DNA from: Sarea resinae
Taxonomy: Eukaryota
Length of the DNA: 64,000 nt
Assembly: GCA_026026165.1 (NCBI GenBank)
Contig: JAPEUD010000048.1
Span: forward strand, 62,001-126,000
Reading direction: 5' to 3'
Part shown: positions 13,697 to 25,582 of the stretch, piece after piece
Layout of the letters: every line of letters begins with the position of its first letter
Position numbering within the stretch: position 1 is the first letter of the stretch
The notes under the pieces: generated by a model
What the model saw: only the letters and a program-made list of their open reading frames with translations
Database searches by the model: none
Told to the model about the DNA's origin: nothing
Translations under genes and position numbers: made by a program

Positions 13697-14175
13697 ATGA
13701 CTGAAAGGAACCTTGGCCCAGTGCCTTCGCGCTTGGTGTTGCTGGCAGATCTCCCCAGCGTTGCGTTCGGCGAGAAGATTCGCTTCCTGGGCTGGTATGC
13801 TGATCGATCGGAATCCTTTGGAAGCTGCAACTCACCTCATCCACCACTGATAGCGTCTCGAAATACTCGATATCAACCGGTACCCTGAGCCTCATCTATG
13901 GGCATGCGGACAATACGCCAGTACCATGTGTGGCTCATGTCGACGTGCGCCTTCTTCTGTCTTCGCTGAAGTCGACGGACACTGAAGTGGGAGAGTGGGT
14001 CAATGTGATTGGTTATATTGCTGTGCCGCCGAGGACGATGAAGAAGTCAACAATGGCTATGCAGCGAGCCCAACACGTCAATGTCCAGGCTATCATGCTA
14101 TGGTCTGCGGGTGCTATCAAGATCGATGACTACGAGAGGACGCTCGAACAGCGCTTGGAAATGGCAAAACACTGA
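13697..14175 (+). CDS. TEN1: CST complex telomere-capping subunit Ten1 (OB fold)
   Basis: Removing intron 13795-13853 gives GPVPSRLVLLADL..GEKIRFLGCVSKYSISTGTL..VDVRLLLSSL..VGEWVNVIGYI..VQAIMLWSAG..YERTL, the pattern of filamentous-fungal Ten1. Confidence 0.85.
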
Positions 14176-17036
14176 TGGCGAAGCCTGGGTTTCCGGGAGG
14201 TAGGCTTGTTGAGAAGGACATGGACCATAAGGCAAAAGTGCTACAGAAGGGGTATCCAGATTGCAGCCTGATCGGTCGTGCATGGGACCCTCAGGGTGGA
14301 TGGGATGGCTCGCGCTACGGGCGTATGGGAAGATGGCTGATGGCCGAGGCTTGGTGGAACGTTGCACCTGTCGCGCTCCTCTTTTCAATTTCGCAGGAAC
14401 AATAAGAAAAGGGAGCTATTGAATCAACTACCATCATTTCTAATGTGATATGGGAGGATGGCCTTGCTCGTCTATCAAACGCATTTCCCTACGGCGGCTG
14501 GTGGAAACCTCGCAGCTGTCGTGAAACGTCATGGTACGTGTTGAGGATGCATTTGGAATGGAGATGGCAGCTTTGCGCCTCCCGACTCCCTCAATCCGTC
14601 TCGTGTCTCTCCATCCGGAAATCGTCGTGCTCTATTCGGCTCCACGTGTTGCCACTGCATGTGTCGCACAAAGCCCGTCAACTTTCTCAAGACATCATCT
14701 CAACGATGGCTTTGAAAAGATATTATTGATCGTAAATTGCATACAAGAATTGGAATCATCCAGCAAGCTCATTTTGCCACATATCAGCTTCAAAATTCGA
14801 TGGCACGACGCTTCTAGCGGACGTGTAACTCCATGTTCACCCCGCCTGGACGGAGCTATCTGTGATTTGTCTGGCTTATCCTAGTTGGCGTTGCTTCTGA
14901 CTCGACCCATGAGGCAATTCCTGTTGATCAATCGGACATGTGCGATGAGCCCAGGGTATTTATTTCAGCATCGGCCATTGGCTTGGAAATGCGGTAGCCT
15001 CAGTCTTACGAATGCATTCGGCGCCTCTAGCAGGGCCCTGAAGATTGCGCATCTGACACTCGGATACTCGCTAGTGGCGAGTTGGAGCCTTGGAAAGGAT
15101 TCCCCACACGTGCATCAACCCTCGTCGATAACCATCATCTACGCAATATTCGTAGAGCACCTCAGCTGCCAAACCGCCGTCATCAGCAGCACCGCAGCAT
15201 TTGCTCTCGGCCATGGAATACGCGACTCTGAGACCGAAAGCGGAGGAGAGACAATGTGAACAATGTGAACAAAGTGGCGTGCTGCCTTTTGTCGATTGTG
15301 CGATTATCCTGGCTAGCCAGACTTTGATATTGATACGTCGGCTCTCTTGGATCATTTCCACAACTCCTACGGCGTGTTTTGCCTTCATGGATATGCTACG
15401 ACATGCATTGATACCAAAGTCATCGTGATCTCACCCCAGACAATCCCTGTGATTGATCGCGGCGGGCATCTGGCCGACGTACTGGGGTCCTTTCAAGCTA
15501 CGGTCGACCATTCAAGGATCCTTGCCTCCTTGGACGGGACTTGGCCAGAATCCGTTGCTTATCATTCCGCCGCGCTTTGCTGAACGTGCAGAATCTTGCA
15601 CAGGCTACTGTCACGGACATGCGATATCCGAGCCCAACACGACTCAACAGCTGTTAGTCCAGGCCAGAAGCACAACGGGGACGAAGCTATCTTCTTGTGG
15701 TAATGGTACCTAGTGTGGAACCCCAGCTCCTAACGAACTAAAAATTTCGCTTCCCCAGCTTCATTCTATTGAATTCGAGATGTTATTATTGCTTGTTCTT
15801 GCTGTGCTTTATTCAGGCTTTATTCAGGATCTTACCGGACTCTCCATCCGAGCAAGGACACACTCCTATTGGACAAAAATGTCATGACATATGCATAGTG
15901 GCCACCCTTCCCCAGCCACCCTGGACCTGCATCCTGGCGCGGGTCTCCCGGCCCTTGCATGCAGCTAGTCATGTTTGGAATCGCCCGAAAGGCCGACGCA
16001 AAGTGCTGTTATTGTCAATCAGATCTGGCCACGGAATCCATCACGTCCGCGTCTGTGCTTTTGTTCTTGGCCTTCAAGCCTGAAGAGTCTAGAGACAGTA
16101 TCACTGTTTGATCCATCAGAGTCATCTGAAAAGTCGTTCTTCTGTTTCGTTACAGCTTCATTGGCTTGCATTCGCCATGCTCCCTTTCAAGCATAGCCTC
16201 GTCAACATGTATGGATCAATTGCTCAGCTAGTGTGTTTATGTATCTTTGAGATTCGTGGGGGTATCCTCTCTGGTGTCATGATTTTCCCTAGGATTGTAA
16301 TGCAGTCTTTGGTACAGCGAGCCCTTGTTCTGTCTAGATCCAGCGACTCTAAGGATCCAACCGCACGCTATTTCAGACACCAATCGCAAAATTCCGACAG
16401 CATCTCGTGGCTCATCAGACGCCACGGCCTCATCTAATTGTATTGAGAAAGCGTTTGCCACGAGTCGATTCCAGAAATAAGGCTTAGTAGGCGCTTCTAG
16501 CTTACCAAATGGCCATGCAGGCTTTCTGTAGAAGTCTTTTGGCCATGGCGAGACAACGCCTTGAACCACGAACATGCATTAGCGTCACCGCGTACCGAGA
16601 AAGACTGCCTTCTTTGGCTATCTACACCGCGTCGTGGGACAAATGCTGTCTGGGGGTACTGAAGGGCTAGAGGGCCATGTCATCCGTTTTTCTCTCTGAT
16701 AGTCCTCAAAATATAAATCGAAGCTCGGTCGTTGTCTTACTCTTTTGATTCCTGGCCCTTGGACTCGCCGTGTTCGAAGCAAATCTGTGAAGGTTTCTTC
16801 TTTCGTGGAGGGCGCCGTTGTCCCCCTTTGCGGATCTCTTAATCACCTCTTTTATCGTATAATCTCACTATTCCCTGCCATTCAACCTCTTTGGTTGAGG
16901 TAATTGTCCGTTTAATCCAATCTATACATCTATAGGTTACTACAGACTGTAAGGTCCCATCTTCGTCATTGCAAGTCCTTGACTGGCATCGGCAAAAATA
17001 CTTTTGCTGCTGCATGTTCTGCAGTGACTGCCTATC

Positions 17037-20000
17037 ATGAAGGCTTTCAGATCCTATCTCCAGCCGGGGTCGGCCAAGAAGAAGCAGAAAACCCCCACTG
17101 AAGGCTCCACCGTAGGCATGGTCGACGTCTCAGCAGCTGCAACAACAAAGCATCTCCCCAGCAATGATACGTCCAGTATACTTGGATCGCGACCGAATTC
17201 GCTTTACCCTTCGGGCGATTTTCGAAACGCCAAGTTGGACGAGGTCAATGACATCAAAGCCGATGTCATGGTTAATTACCTTTTTCAACAGCAACTGGAG
17301 CGGTTTTGGGTTCACTCGGACCATGGGGAAGGGGTGGTGCTGAAGAAGGGCCGAGGCCAATACACTTGCTGCCCTGGGAGCCTCGTTGACGATGGATCAG
17401 GCTTGTTCGCCGCAGTAGCAAATCTCAAAGTCAGAGTGAGTCTGAGTTACAGTCCTGCGGTGTTGATCACAGCTGACGACGACAGGCTGCAATGACAGTA
17501 AACACTCGTTTCATCAAGGCTTTTCTTCACCGCCACAACATGAACTACGTTCCACTTCCAGATGGACTACGACTGCAGATCATCCCCAGCATATCCGAGC
17601 TGCCTCAATGCCAGAGGCATCACTTTGCTGCTTTCATAGCCGACAGGGCCATTCTTGTCGTCTGGGACGATGAGCCGCGAAAATTGTTCGCAAGGGCGCA
17701 GAAAATCGAAGAGCAATTGATGGAGATGATCTGGACGGAGAATGGTCCCAGCGATGAGAAGATAGTAGAAAAATTGTCCAGCGTTCATGTATCTGCTGTC
17801 CCATCTGACGACGACTCTGGAGTTGATCCCGAAGAAGCGCCTCTCGAAAAACCCCGCCCTACGGTGCTCATCCAGGCTGTTCTCACGGCAATTACAATCG
17901 CTCTTGTTCTGGCATCCATTGGCAGTGGGTTCAGGAAAGTTGCCAATGAGATTGGGGTCGACAAGAAATGGATCAGACTGGCATTTTTGATCGTCGTGCC
18001 TTTGCAACTGTGGCTTGCTCTGGTTGGTACTCTCTTGCCTTTGTCGAATCCAATCAAGCTTACTTTGTTAGTTTTTCATGCAAGCAGTGGCCGGTTGCAT
18101 TGCACAGATGTTTGGGCCCATCAGTCAGATGGCAACCAACTCGAAATTCTTCTCCGGCCAGCCACCTCGTCGCGTGCGAAGAAGTCAGGGCATGCTTCCG
18201 CACGTCACTATCCAATGTCCGGTCTACAAGGAGGGATTATATTCTGTGATCGAGCCAACGGTGCGGTCTATTGAAGCCGCCATATCGACGTACGAGATGC
18301 AAGGAGGAAGCGCCAACATTTTCATGAACGATGATGGTATGCAGCTCATATCCGATGAAGACGCTCGCCAGCGCCAGGACTTCTACGACGAGCATAGCAT
18401 CGGATGGGTGGCTCGACCGAAGCATAATCCGAAGCCAGAAGAGGGCGAGCAGGTATTCTTGCGTAAAGGAAAATTTAAAAAGGTGAGATCCTGCACATTT
18501 CATACTGTTACCAGCGACTTATGACTTCTAGGCCTCGAACATGAACTACGCCCTCAATGTCAGCAACAGAGTAGAAGATAAGCTGGCCGATGTCGTCAGG
18601 CACAAAGGCTGGACTCAAGATGACGAGACCATGGCATACAAGGACTCCTTGGCTCAGGTGGTTGTCGAGGATGAGGGAAGGACTTGGGCCGAGGGTAATA
18701 TCCGGGTTGGCGACTATATCCTTCTGGGTGCGTCTATCTGAGATAATTCGAGTCCATGACACTGACTGCGTGATTGAAAAAGTGGACTCCGATACTCGCG
18801 TGCCGGAAGACTGTTTCCTGGACGCTGTGAGCGAGATGGAAACCTCGCCTGAGGTCGCTATCCTGCAATACTCCTCCGGCGTGATGAACGTGACAGACAG
18901 CTTCTTCGAGAAAGGCATTACGTGAGCTCTATTGCTCCAACTTCTTTCAATTCCCTCTACAGAGTTCTGACCCTTACAGATTCTTCACCAATCTAATCTA
19001 CACGCAAATCCAATACGCCGTCTCCAACGGCGACGTCGCCCCGTTCGTGGGCCACAATGCCATTCTCCGCTGGTCGGCGCTGCAAGAGATTGCTTGGACC
19101 GACACTGACGACAAGAACAATAGCATCGACAAAGTGTGGTCCGAGTCTACAGTGTCTGAAGATTTTGACCTAGCGCTGCGCCTGCAATGCGCAGGTCATG
19201 TCGTGCGAATGGCCGCTTACACGGGCGACGGCTTCAAAGAGGGGGTATCGCTGACCGTGTACGACGAGCTGGCGCGGTGGGAGAAATACGCCTACGGGTG
19301 TAACGAGTTGATCTTCCACCCGGTACGGTTCTGGTTTGTGCGCGGGCCCTTTACGCCGCTCTTCCGCAAGTTCATCGGGTCGGCCATGCCGCTGCCGTCG
19401 AAGCTGACCATCATGGCATACATCGGCACCTACTATGCTATCGGCTCGGCGTGGATCTTGACCCTGGCCAATTACTTCCTCATGGGCTGGTACAATGGCT
19501 ATATCGACCATTACTATCTCGACTCGTTCAAGATCTGGTTTTCCATCATCGTGGTGTTTTCGGCGCTGGGGAACGTGTCGCTTGCGGTGTTGAGGTATCG
19601 GATCGAGGAAAGGACGCTGTTTGGCGCATGTGAGTGTGATTTTGGGCTTGGGCTGATGTGGACAAAGAAGAGATGAGCAAGGTCAATGCTAATTTCTGCA
19701 CTGCCAGTACTCGAGAATTTCAAATGGATTCCGCTCATGACGGTCTTCCTGGGCGGTCTCTCAATGCACGTCTCGCAAGCGCTTCTGTCGCACATGTTCG
19801 AGATCGACATGTCCTGGGGCGCCACTGCAAAAGAGGTGTGTATTTCTAACTATCCAGACCGTTGCATTCTTTTCGCTTTTCATCTTGGCTCTCTTCTTTG
19901 GTCCCAGCCCATTTCCCCTCTAACTTGCCAGCCCTTTATCCATTCCCTTTTCTCCCTCCCTCCTTCTCTCTCCCTTTTCCCTCCCTCCCTCCTCTGTCCC

Positions 20001-20283
20001 TCCCATCCTGTCACCCACCCACCCAAGCTAACACATCCCTCCCCCACAACAGGCCGAAAACACCACCCTCTTCATCGAGATCCCGCGCCTGCTCAAGAAA
20101 TTCAAATTCACCTTCCTCTTCTGCCTGGCGACCAGCGCCGGCATGGTGGTGTGCGCGCTCTTCGTGCCGCCGCTGTGGCGCATCGACACGTTTGTTGCCA
20201 TCTGGCCCATTGGCGCCATCGTCGTCGGGCACTTTTTGCTGCCCGTCGTGCTGAATCCGGGGTTGATGCTTTTTACGTGGTAG
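17037..20283 (+). CDS. Membrane-bound family 2 glycosyltransferase (7 exons)
   Basis: PHVTIQCPVYKE, NDDG, KFKK|ASNMNYAL, LLVDSD (DxD), GHNAILRW, SEDF, ELARWEKYAYG. Several TM helices; ends LNPGLMLFTW* (TAG 20281-20283). Confidence 0.9.
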
Positions 20284-21226
20284 GTGGGTAGGTGAGATGG
20301 TGGATAGGGGAGGGAGTATGGGGAGTATGGGGGGGGAGGGAGGACATGTCAACGGAAATGCTTTGTCTGGTACTGTTATTAATATGATTCGTGTGACTGA
20401 TGATGGGGATCCTTCGGCGATCGAGGCGTTAACGCACCGCAATGCAATACCGACGCCATGCAATGTGAAATACGATACGATTCGGATGAAATGCAATATG
20501 CGCATCTCGGTCAAAGTGAGATGGATATCTCATAGTCTCATACTTTCATCATTTCATGACCAGATCAGATCAGATCAGATTCGATTTAAATAGGATCAGG
20601 ATTCGGGGCACTACTACTACTACTACTACTGTTGTTGTTGTGCTTCGTTTGTATCGCATCGCATCGCAAATTGCAGATATGGATGCCTATGGTACTTAGT
20701 GGCTGTCTGTCTGTTTGTTTGTTTGCCTGTTTACGGGGGATGCTAGTATTGGTGATTTTGGTGATCGTGGTGGTAGTAGTGATACTGATAATGTCATTCC
20801 GTGCCAGCCCATTACATGCCATACTGCACTATATTAGACTTGTCAGACACACATACAGACAGACAGACATACGGAGTACATAGAAGACTCGGGCTATCCG
20901 GACCCAGTCAAACCCAATTACACCAGTTAATCCATTTCACTCATCCCATGCCAACCCTACCGACCCGCTGACTTGCCTACACGCTGACCCGCTGAGCTGC
21001 CGACTTGCTGGATTGGCTAGATGGACAAAATACGAGGGGCCGAGGTATAGAGAGAGAGAGGCAGAGAGAGATGGAGTGACATATAGGGAGACCCACAGAG
21101 ATATAGGGTGAGTGACAGAGACAGAGACAGACAGAGAGAGAGAGAGAGAGAGAGTGAGATGAAGTGAGACACAGATGGACAAGTCTACATCCCTTTTCCT
21201 CCACCTAGTAGTATCGGCACCTAGTA
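20284..21226. repeat. SSR-rich convergent intergenic region
   Basis: (AGATC)n, (ACT)n, (GACA)n and (AG)n runs between the GT2 and orphan 3' ends. Confidence 0.8.
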
Positions 21227-24200
21227 TCAGACACCACCACTGCTATCATCACTACCACCACTGCTCTCGCCACCATCACTGCGCTCGCCATTACTAGTAG
21301 TACTACTAGCACTGGCGTACTCGCGACCATTGCCTGTGCCGATACCGTTGCCGTTGCCGTTGCCGTTACCAGTGCCAGTACCAGTGCCAGTACCAGTGCC
21401 AGTGGCATTCCCATACCGATCCGCCCCCCCGCCCCCGAAAGCACCGGATTGGCTGCCGTTGTTGTATCGGGCCTCAGGGATGGGAGTCGCTGTAGCGGAA
21501 TTTGCTGGAGTGGTAGTGGGCGCAGTAGTGGTCGTGGTCGCCGTAGCGATGGGGGTATTCGTAGTATTATAGGCGGTAGTAGTAGCAGCGGTAGCGGTAG
21601 TGGCCGCAGGGGCAGCAGTTGCAGTAGCGGTAGTAGTCCTAGCCGTGAAAGCAGGAAGACGTGGTAGTGATAGTGATAGTATGGGTAGTGCTGGCAGTGC
21701 TGGTAGTGATAGTGATGGTAGTGGTGGTGGTGGAACAGGGGCGAAGAGGACCGGACGACGGTTTGATGGGCGTGGGAGTGGAGAGAGCGGCTGAGACGGG
21801 ATAGGGGATGGGGGCATGGGATGGTGCTGACGCTGGTGATCGTGCTGGCGATGCTGGTGCTGGTGGAGGGGCGAGTGCTGGTGCTGGGGGGAGTGGTTTT
21901 GATAAAGGGGCAAGTGATGTGCCTGGACTCGGGCTTGGTTGGTGGTGGTGGTGGTGGTGGCGGCGGGTCGGTAGGTCTGGTTCGGTGCCTGTTGAGTCTG
22001 CTGCCGAGCTCGGGCTTGTGCTTGTGCTTGAGCACGCGCCTGAGCCTGTGCCTGTGCCTGCGCCTGAGCCTGAGCCCGCGCCCGCGAGCCTTCAAGATCA
22101 ACCGCCGAAGTACGAGCATGAGCATGAGCAAGTGAGTTACGGGAACAGATACTAGGACTCTCGTCCAAGGGACGAGGACCAGGGCCGGGGACCCAAGACG
22201 GCGTATGTGAGCGTGAGCATGAGCGAGAGCGTGACTGCGATTGTAACAGTGATTGTGAGACCGACTGTGCTTGTGACTGTGACACTAGTGGTGGTGTAGT
22301 CTGCGGCTGCGGCGCTCGTAAAGGGGGCATCGGTGAAAGAGAAAGACGAGGAAGACGAGGAGAAGATTGCATCATGGCGTCATGCGCATCTATGCTCTTC
22401 TTCTCTTCCCGTCTATCCTGCGGCGGAATCGCGGATCCCCTTGGCAGCGGAAGCTGCTGCTGCTGGGGCCATATGTTCCGATTCACGCTGGTCCGAGGGG
22501 TGTCAGCTGGGCCCGAGAAGATGCCCGTGGCGTGTTGGGTCCTCGTCGTCGTCGTCGTCGTCGTCGTTGCAGAGAGCATCAGAGACTGCGGCGGTGCGAT
22601 ATCATTAGAGGTAGCCTTTGTGCGTGGGTAAGGGGACGGGGAGGATGCGTGATAGCGTTCGGCGGGCGTTTCCCATCCATCGGCCAATACGCCCTCGAAC
22701 GGGTCTTCGTCCTCTTCTCCTTCGTCTTCTTCCTCTTCCTCTTCGTCTTCTTCCTCGTCCTGGGCGATTTCCTCGTCGTCAGAGTCCTGCATGCGCGAGT
22801 CTTGTGGTTGCTGAAGTTGCTGTTCCGGAGTGTCGGGCATCGGCTGGTAAACCCAATCTGTCTGGTCGTCTTCTTCAACATATTCACTCATCCAGAGGTC
22901 TTCCTGTGCCCGAGGCAGTATCGCAGATAAGGGTTGGTTGACGTGTATTGTGTCCGAAGTTTTGTGCTGGTCGTTGATCGGAGCCTGTTGCGGTGTCTGG
23001 AGTGGCACGTCAGGTAGCGGGGCTTGATAGCCGCGAATGAGATGACCATCTTCGTCGATGTCTTCTTGGTCGGCCATCTCTTCGTCTTCCTGTGCCTGCG
23101 TAGGCGTGTGCACATCTTGCTGAACCCACAACTGCGTCTGTGTCTGCTTCTTCGCCGTCTGCTTCGGCTGCCTCTCTTCCTCGTCCTTCCCGCCCAGCCA
23201 TTCCATCCCCAGAATACCCCCCCAGCCATCCATCACCTCGCCTTCTTCCCACGCACAAGCCATCGAGTTCCCATAAACGACCGGCCAGCCCTCCCTCTCA
23301 AAAATCGGGATCTCCTTCTCAGCGTTCTGCATCCCTTGAGCCATACCCATGCCGGCCGCACTCGCGTCTTCAAGCTGTTTGGTCATCTCATCGAACCAGG
23401 TGTAAGAGGCGCTCTTATCCGCAACTGTCGTAGAAGTCGGAATCTCGATACCGGCTCTCACGCGAGCTATTGCAGGATTCTCGCCTGGGGTCGAAAGAAA
23501 CATGGGAGGAGAAGAAGAAGCAGAACGAGAGGGGCAGATGAGCGTTGGTGGGCCAGCAGGTATAGCATCAGCAGCATCAGCAGGATGGAGATCAGTACCG
23601 CAAATACCGGCCAGAGCGACGATCTTGGCTAGTTCCTCTCGTCGGGACTGGATGCTGAGGGCTAGATCGGCCCGCATGGCCTTGGCGTACTCGAGTTCGA
23701 TATCCGTCTCGATATCCCCGCTCTCCGTATCAGAGTCCGTGTCCAGCAGGTATAGGTCCATCTTCCGCTTCGTGCCACCCGTCTGCCTCGCCGTCTCTGT
23801 TCTCAAAGGTGTTCTGGCAGCTGGCACCTGGGGAATGTCGACGGAGGAAGGATCCACAAGTGCGAACGGGTCCCAATCCACCTGCTCCTCTTCCTCCTCC
23901 ATCTCCTCCCCCGTCTCCTCCCCCTCTGTCTCATCCTCCTTGTAGACATATTGCTCATCAGAGACTTCCTCTTCGTTTGCAGCAAACATATCACGCTGAC
24001 CAAAAAGGTTAAAGGCATTCCCCTGGGTGAGATTTGGGGATTCTTGCGAGGGCCAAGAAGCAGAGTTCTGGTTCATGAGCGTTGGCACGATCCGCAACCG
24101 CTTCTTCTTCCTCGAGGCACTATGCAGCCTAGCATCTCGCTGCCGCTTGGCCTTGAGCTTGGCGTTGGCCGTCTTGATCTCGGCGTGCATAAAAGTCGGA

Positions 24201-25489
24201 TAGAGCTCGGCCATGCGCTGCTCTTCACGTTCATGGTGTCGGCGGCGTCGGCAGCGGCGGTCGTAGGCTTCTTGGACCTGGCGAGCTTGCTCGTCTTGGT
24301 GAGCTTGTTGCGCTGTGCGCTTTTGATGGTCTTTCTGATCTTGATGGGCGCGACGGGCTTGATGAACTTGATGCTTGGGCTCGTGCTTGGATGCAATGGA
24401 TGGGGCCGGAACCGCGCTAGAGAGATGAGGATTGTGAGACGGAAGCGTGAGAGCACGGTCAGGAACAGGGCAGATTCCATCGTCGTTGTCCACGTCAACT
24501 TGGCGTTTCGCTGTCGACGACAAGGACGGAAGAAAGCCGGCGGTGCTGTATGCAGGTCCAGCCGGATTGATATTTTTCTTCTCCTCGGGTGCAGCCTTGG
24601 CTTCCAACTCCTCCTCCCGTGCTACTTTCTCCTTCTTGTAATGGCCCAGTACAAGCGCTCTCAGCTCGGATTCGGACAACACCGAAACGTCCCATTCTCT
24701 CTCCCCATCGGCAATCGTATCACGCAGCAGCTGTTCCTCCGTGATGGCACTCCCCCACTCGTTCTCGTCCTCCCATCCCATCGCCGTGGAGAATCCCTCC
24801 CGCTCAAAAACTTCATCCACGTGATTTTTTCCGGGCTCGTCTTCTCTCAGGCGATTGAACGGGGGCAGCCGCAGCCGGTACTGGATCCAGGCCGTTTCTC
24901 TCGGTTCCATCTCCAAGAAATCTCGGTCGAGGTGTAGGACTACGGCAGCGATATCGCCAAGTCCAGATAGGTCGAAAGGGGCCGCGAGGATGGAGTCGAC
25001 TCGAGCAAGGAATCGCTCTGTTGAGTTTTGTTTGTGATTTGGTGGCATCGAGGGACGGCAGTGTGGAGTTGGGATTCGTTGAGACGCTGTAGAAACAGTA
25101 GTAGTAGACCGTTGAGCCGCGGGACGACGCTGTGTAGCTGGGGCATTGACACTATGTGGAACTGAGACACGCTGCCGTGGGGCCAAGTTGGGCGGGACGC
25201 ACTGCTGTTGCGAGCTGTGGGCGGCTGGACCTCGTTGTTGTTGCTGTCGTGGATGAGGATTTGCTGGGCCAGAATTGAGATACGCCGCTGGCGGTATAAC
25301 AATTTCGCTGGAGACGCGTTGGACGGGGGCTTTGCGGTCTGGGGAGTCTGGCGACGCGTCAGTCTGTAATCTGGAGAGTAATTGAGACTTACTTTGAGCG
25401 CGAGCGGCTTGGATGATCATGTCACTCTGCCTGACTATCTCTGGGTCGATTGGAGGATCGCCCGAGCCCTGAGCCTTGCGGCGACCCAT
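21227..25489 (-). CDS. Hypothetical 1420-aa largely disordered protein, no recognised domain
   Basis: 4.26-kb stop-free frame. First ATG at 25489 has good context (A at -3, G at +4). One ordered-looking block (FLARVDSIL..WIQYRLRLPPF..LRALVLGHY), acidic tracts, and a QA/T/GT/GN-repeat C-terminus. Confidence 0.75.
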   Translation of the reverse strand: MGRRKAQGSGDPPIDPEIVRQSDMIIQAARAQSKSQLLSRLQTDASPDSPDRKAPVQRVSSEIVIPPAAYLNSGPANPHPRQQQQRGPAAHSSQQQCVPPNLAPRQRVSVPHSVNAPATQRRPAAQRSTTTVSTASQRIPTPHCRPSMPPNHKQNSTERFLARVDSILAAPFDLSGLGDIAAVVLHLDRDFLEMEPRETAWIQYRLRLPPFNRLREDEPGKNHVDEVFEREGFSTAMGWEDENEWGSAITEEQLLRDTIADGEREWDVSVLSESELRALVLGHYKKEKVAREEELEAKAAPEEKKNINPAGPAYSTAGFLPSLSSTAKRQVDVDNDDGICPVPDRALTLPSHNPHLSSAVPAPSIASKHEPKHQVHQARRAHQDQKDHQKRTAQQAHQDEQARQVQEAYDRRCRRRRHHEREEQRMAELYPTFMHAEIKTANAKLKAKRQRDARLHSASRKKKRLRIVPTLMNQNSASWPSQESPNLTQGNAFNLFGQRDMFAANEEEVSDEQYVYKEDETEGEETGEEMEEEEEQVDWDPFALVDPSSVDIPQVPAARTPLRTETARQTGGTKRKMDLYLLDTDSDTESGDIETDIELEYAKAMRADLALSIQSRREELAKIVALAGICGTDLHPADAADAIPAGPPTLICPSRSASSSPPMFLSTPGENPAIARVRAGIEIPTSTTVADKSASYTWFDEMTKQLEDASAAGMGMAQGMQNAEKEIPIFEREGWPVVYGNSMACAWEEGEVMDGWGGILGMEWLGGKDEEERQPKQTAKKQTQTQLWVQQDVHTPTQAQEDEEMADQEDIDEDGHLIRGYQAPLPDVPLQTPQQAPINDQHKTSDTIHVNQPLSAILPRAQEDLWMSEYVEEDDQTDWVYQPMPDTPEQQLQQPQDSRMQDSDDEEIAQDEEEDEEEEEEDEGEEDEDPFEGVLADGWETPAERYHASSPSPYPRTKATSNDIAPPQSLMLSATTTTTTTTRTQHATGIFSGPADTPRTSVNRNIWPQQQQLPLPRGSAIPPQDRREEKKSIDAHDAMMQSSPRLPRLSLSPMPPLRAPQPQTTPPLVSQSQAQSVSQSLLQSQSRSRSCSRSHTPSWVPGPGPRPLDESPSICSRNSLAHAHARTSAVDLEGSRARAQAQAQAQAQAQARAQAQAQARARQQTQQAPNQTYRPAATTTTTTNQARVQAHHLPLYQNHSPQHQHSPLHQHQHRQHDHQRQHHPMPPSPIPSQPLSPLPRPSNRRPVLFAPVPPPPLPSLSLPALPALPILSLSLPRLPAFTARTTTATATAAPAATTATAATTTAYNTTNTPIATATTTTTAPTTTPANSATATPIPEARYNNGSQSGAFGGGGADRYGNATGTGTGTGTGTGNGNGNGNGIGTGNGREYASASSTTSNGERSDGGESSGGSDDSSGGV

Positions 25490-25582
25490 GCTGTAAGCTT
25501 GGTTGGATTCAACGAGGATCCTCACCGGTGTAGTTGGCTTAAAAGATGTTCTCGTGATGTTTGGAGAAGAAGTGCGCTTTTG

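Noticed and set aside
14400..16900. Possible decayed gene between TEN1 and the GT2 gene
   Set aside because: Only fragmentary peptides with no assignable family; needs BLASTx.
21205..22131. 308-aa His/Pro/Leu-rich alternative-frame ORF
   Set aside because: By-product of microsatellite-like sequence in the orphan's 3' end.
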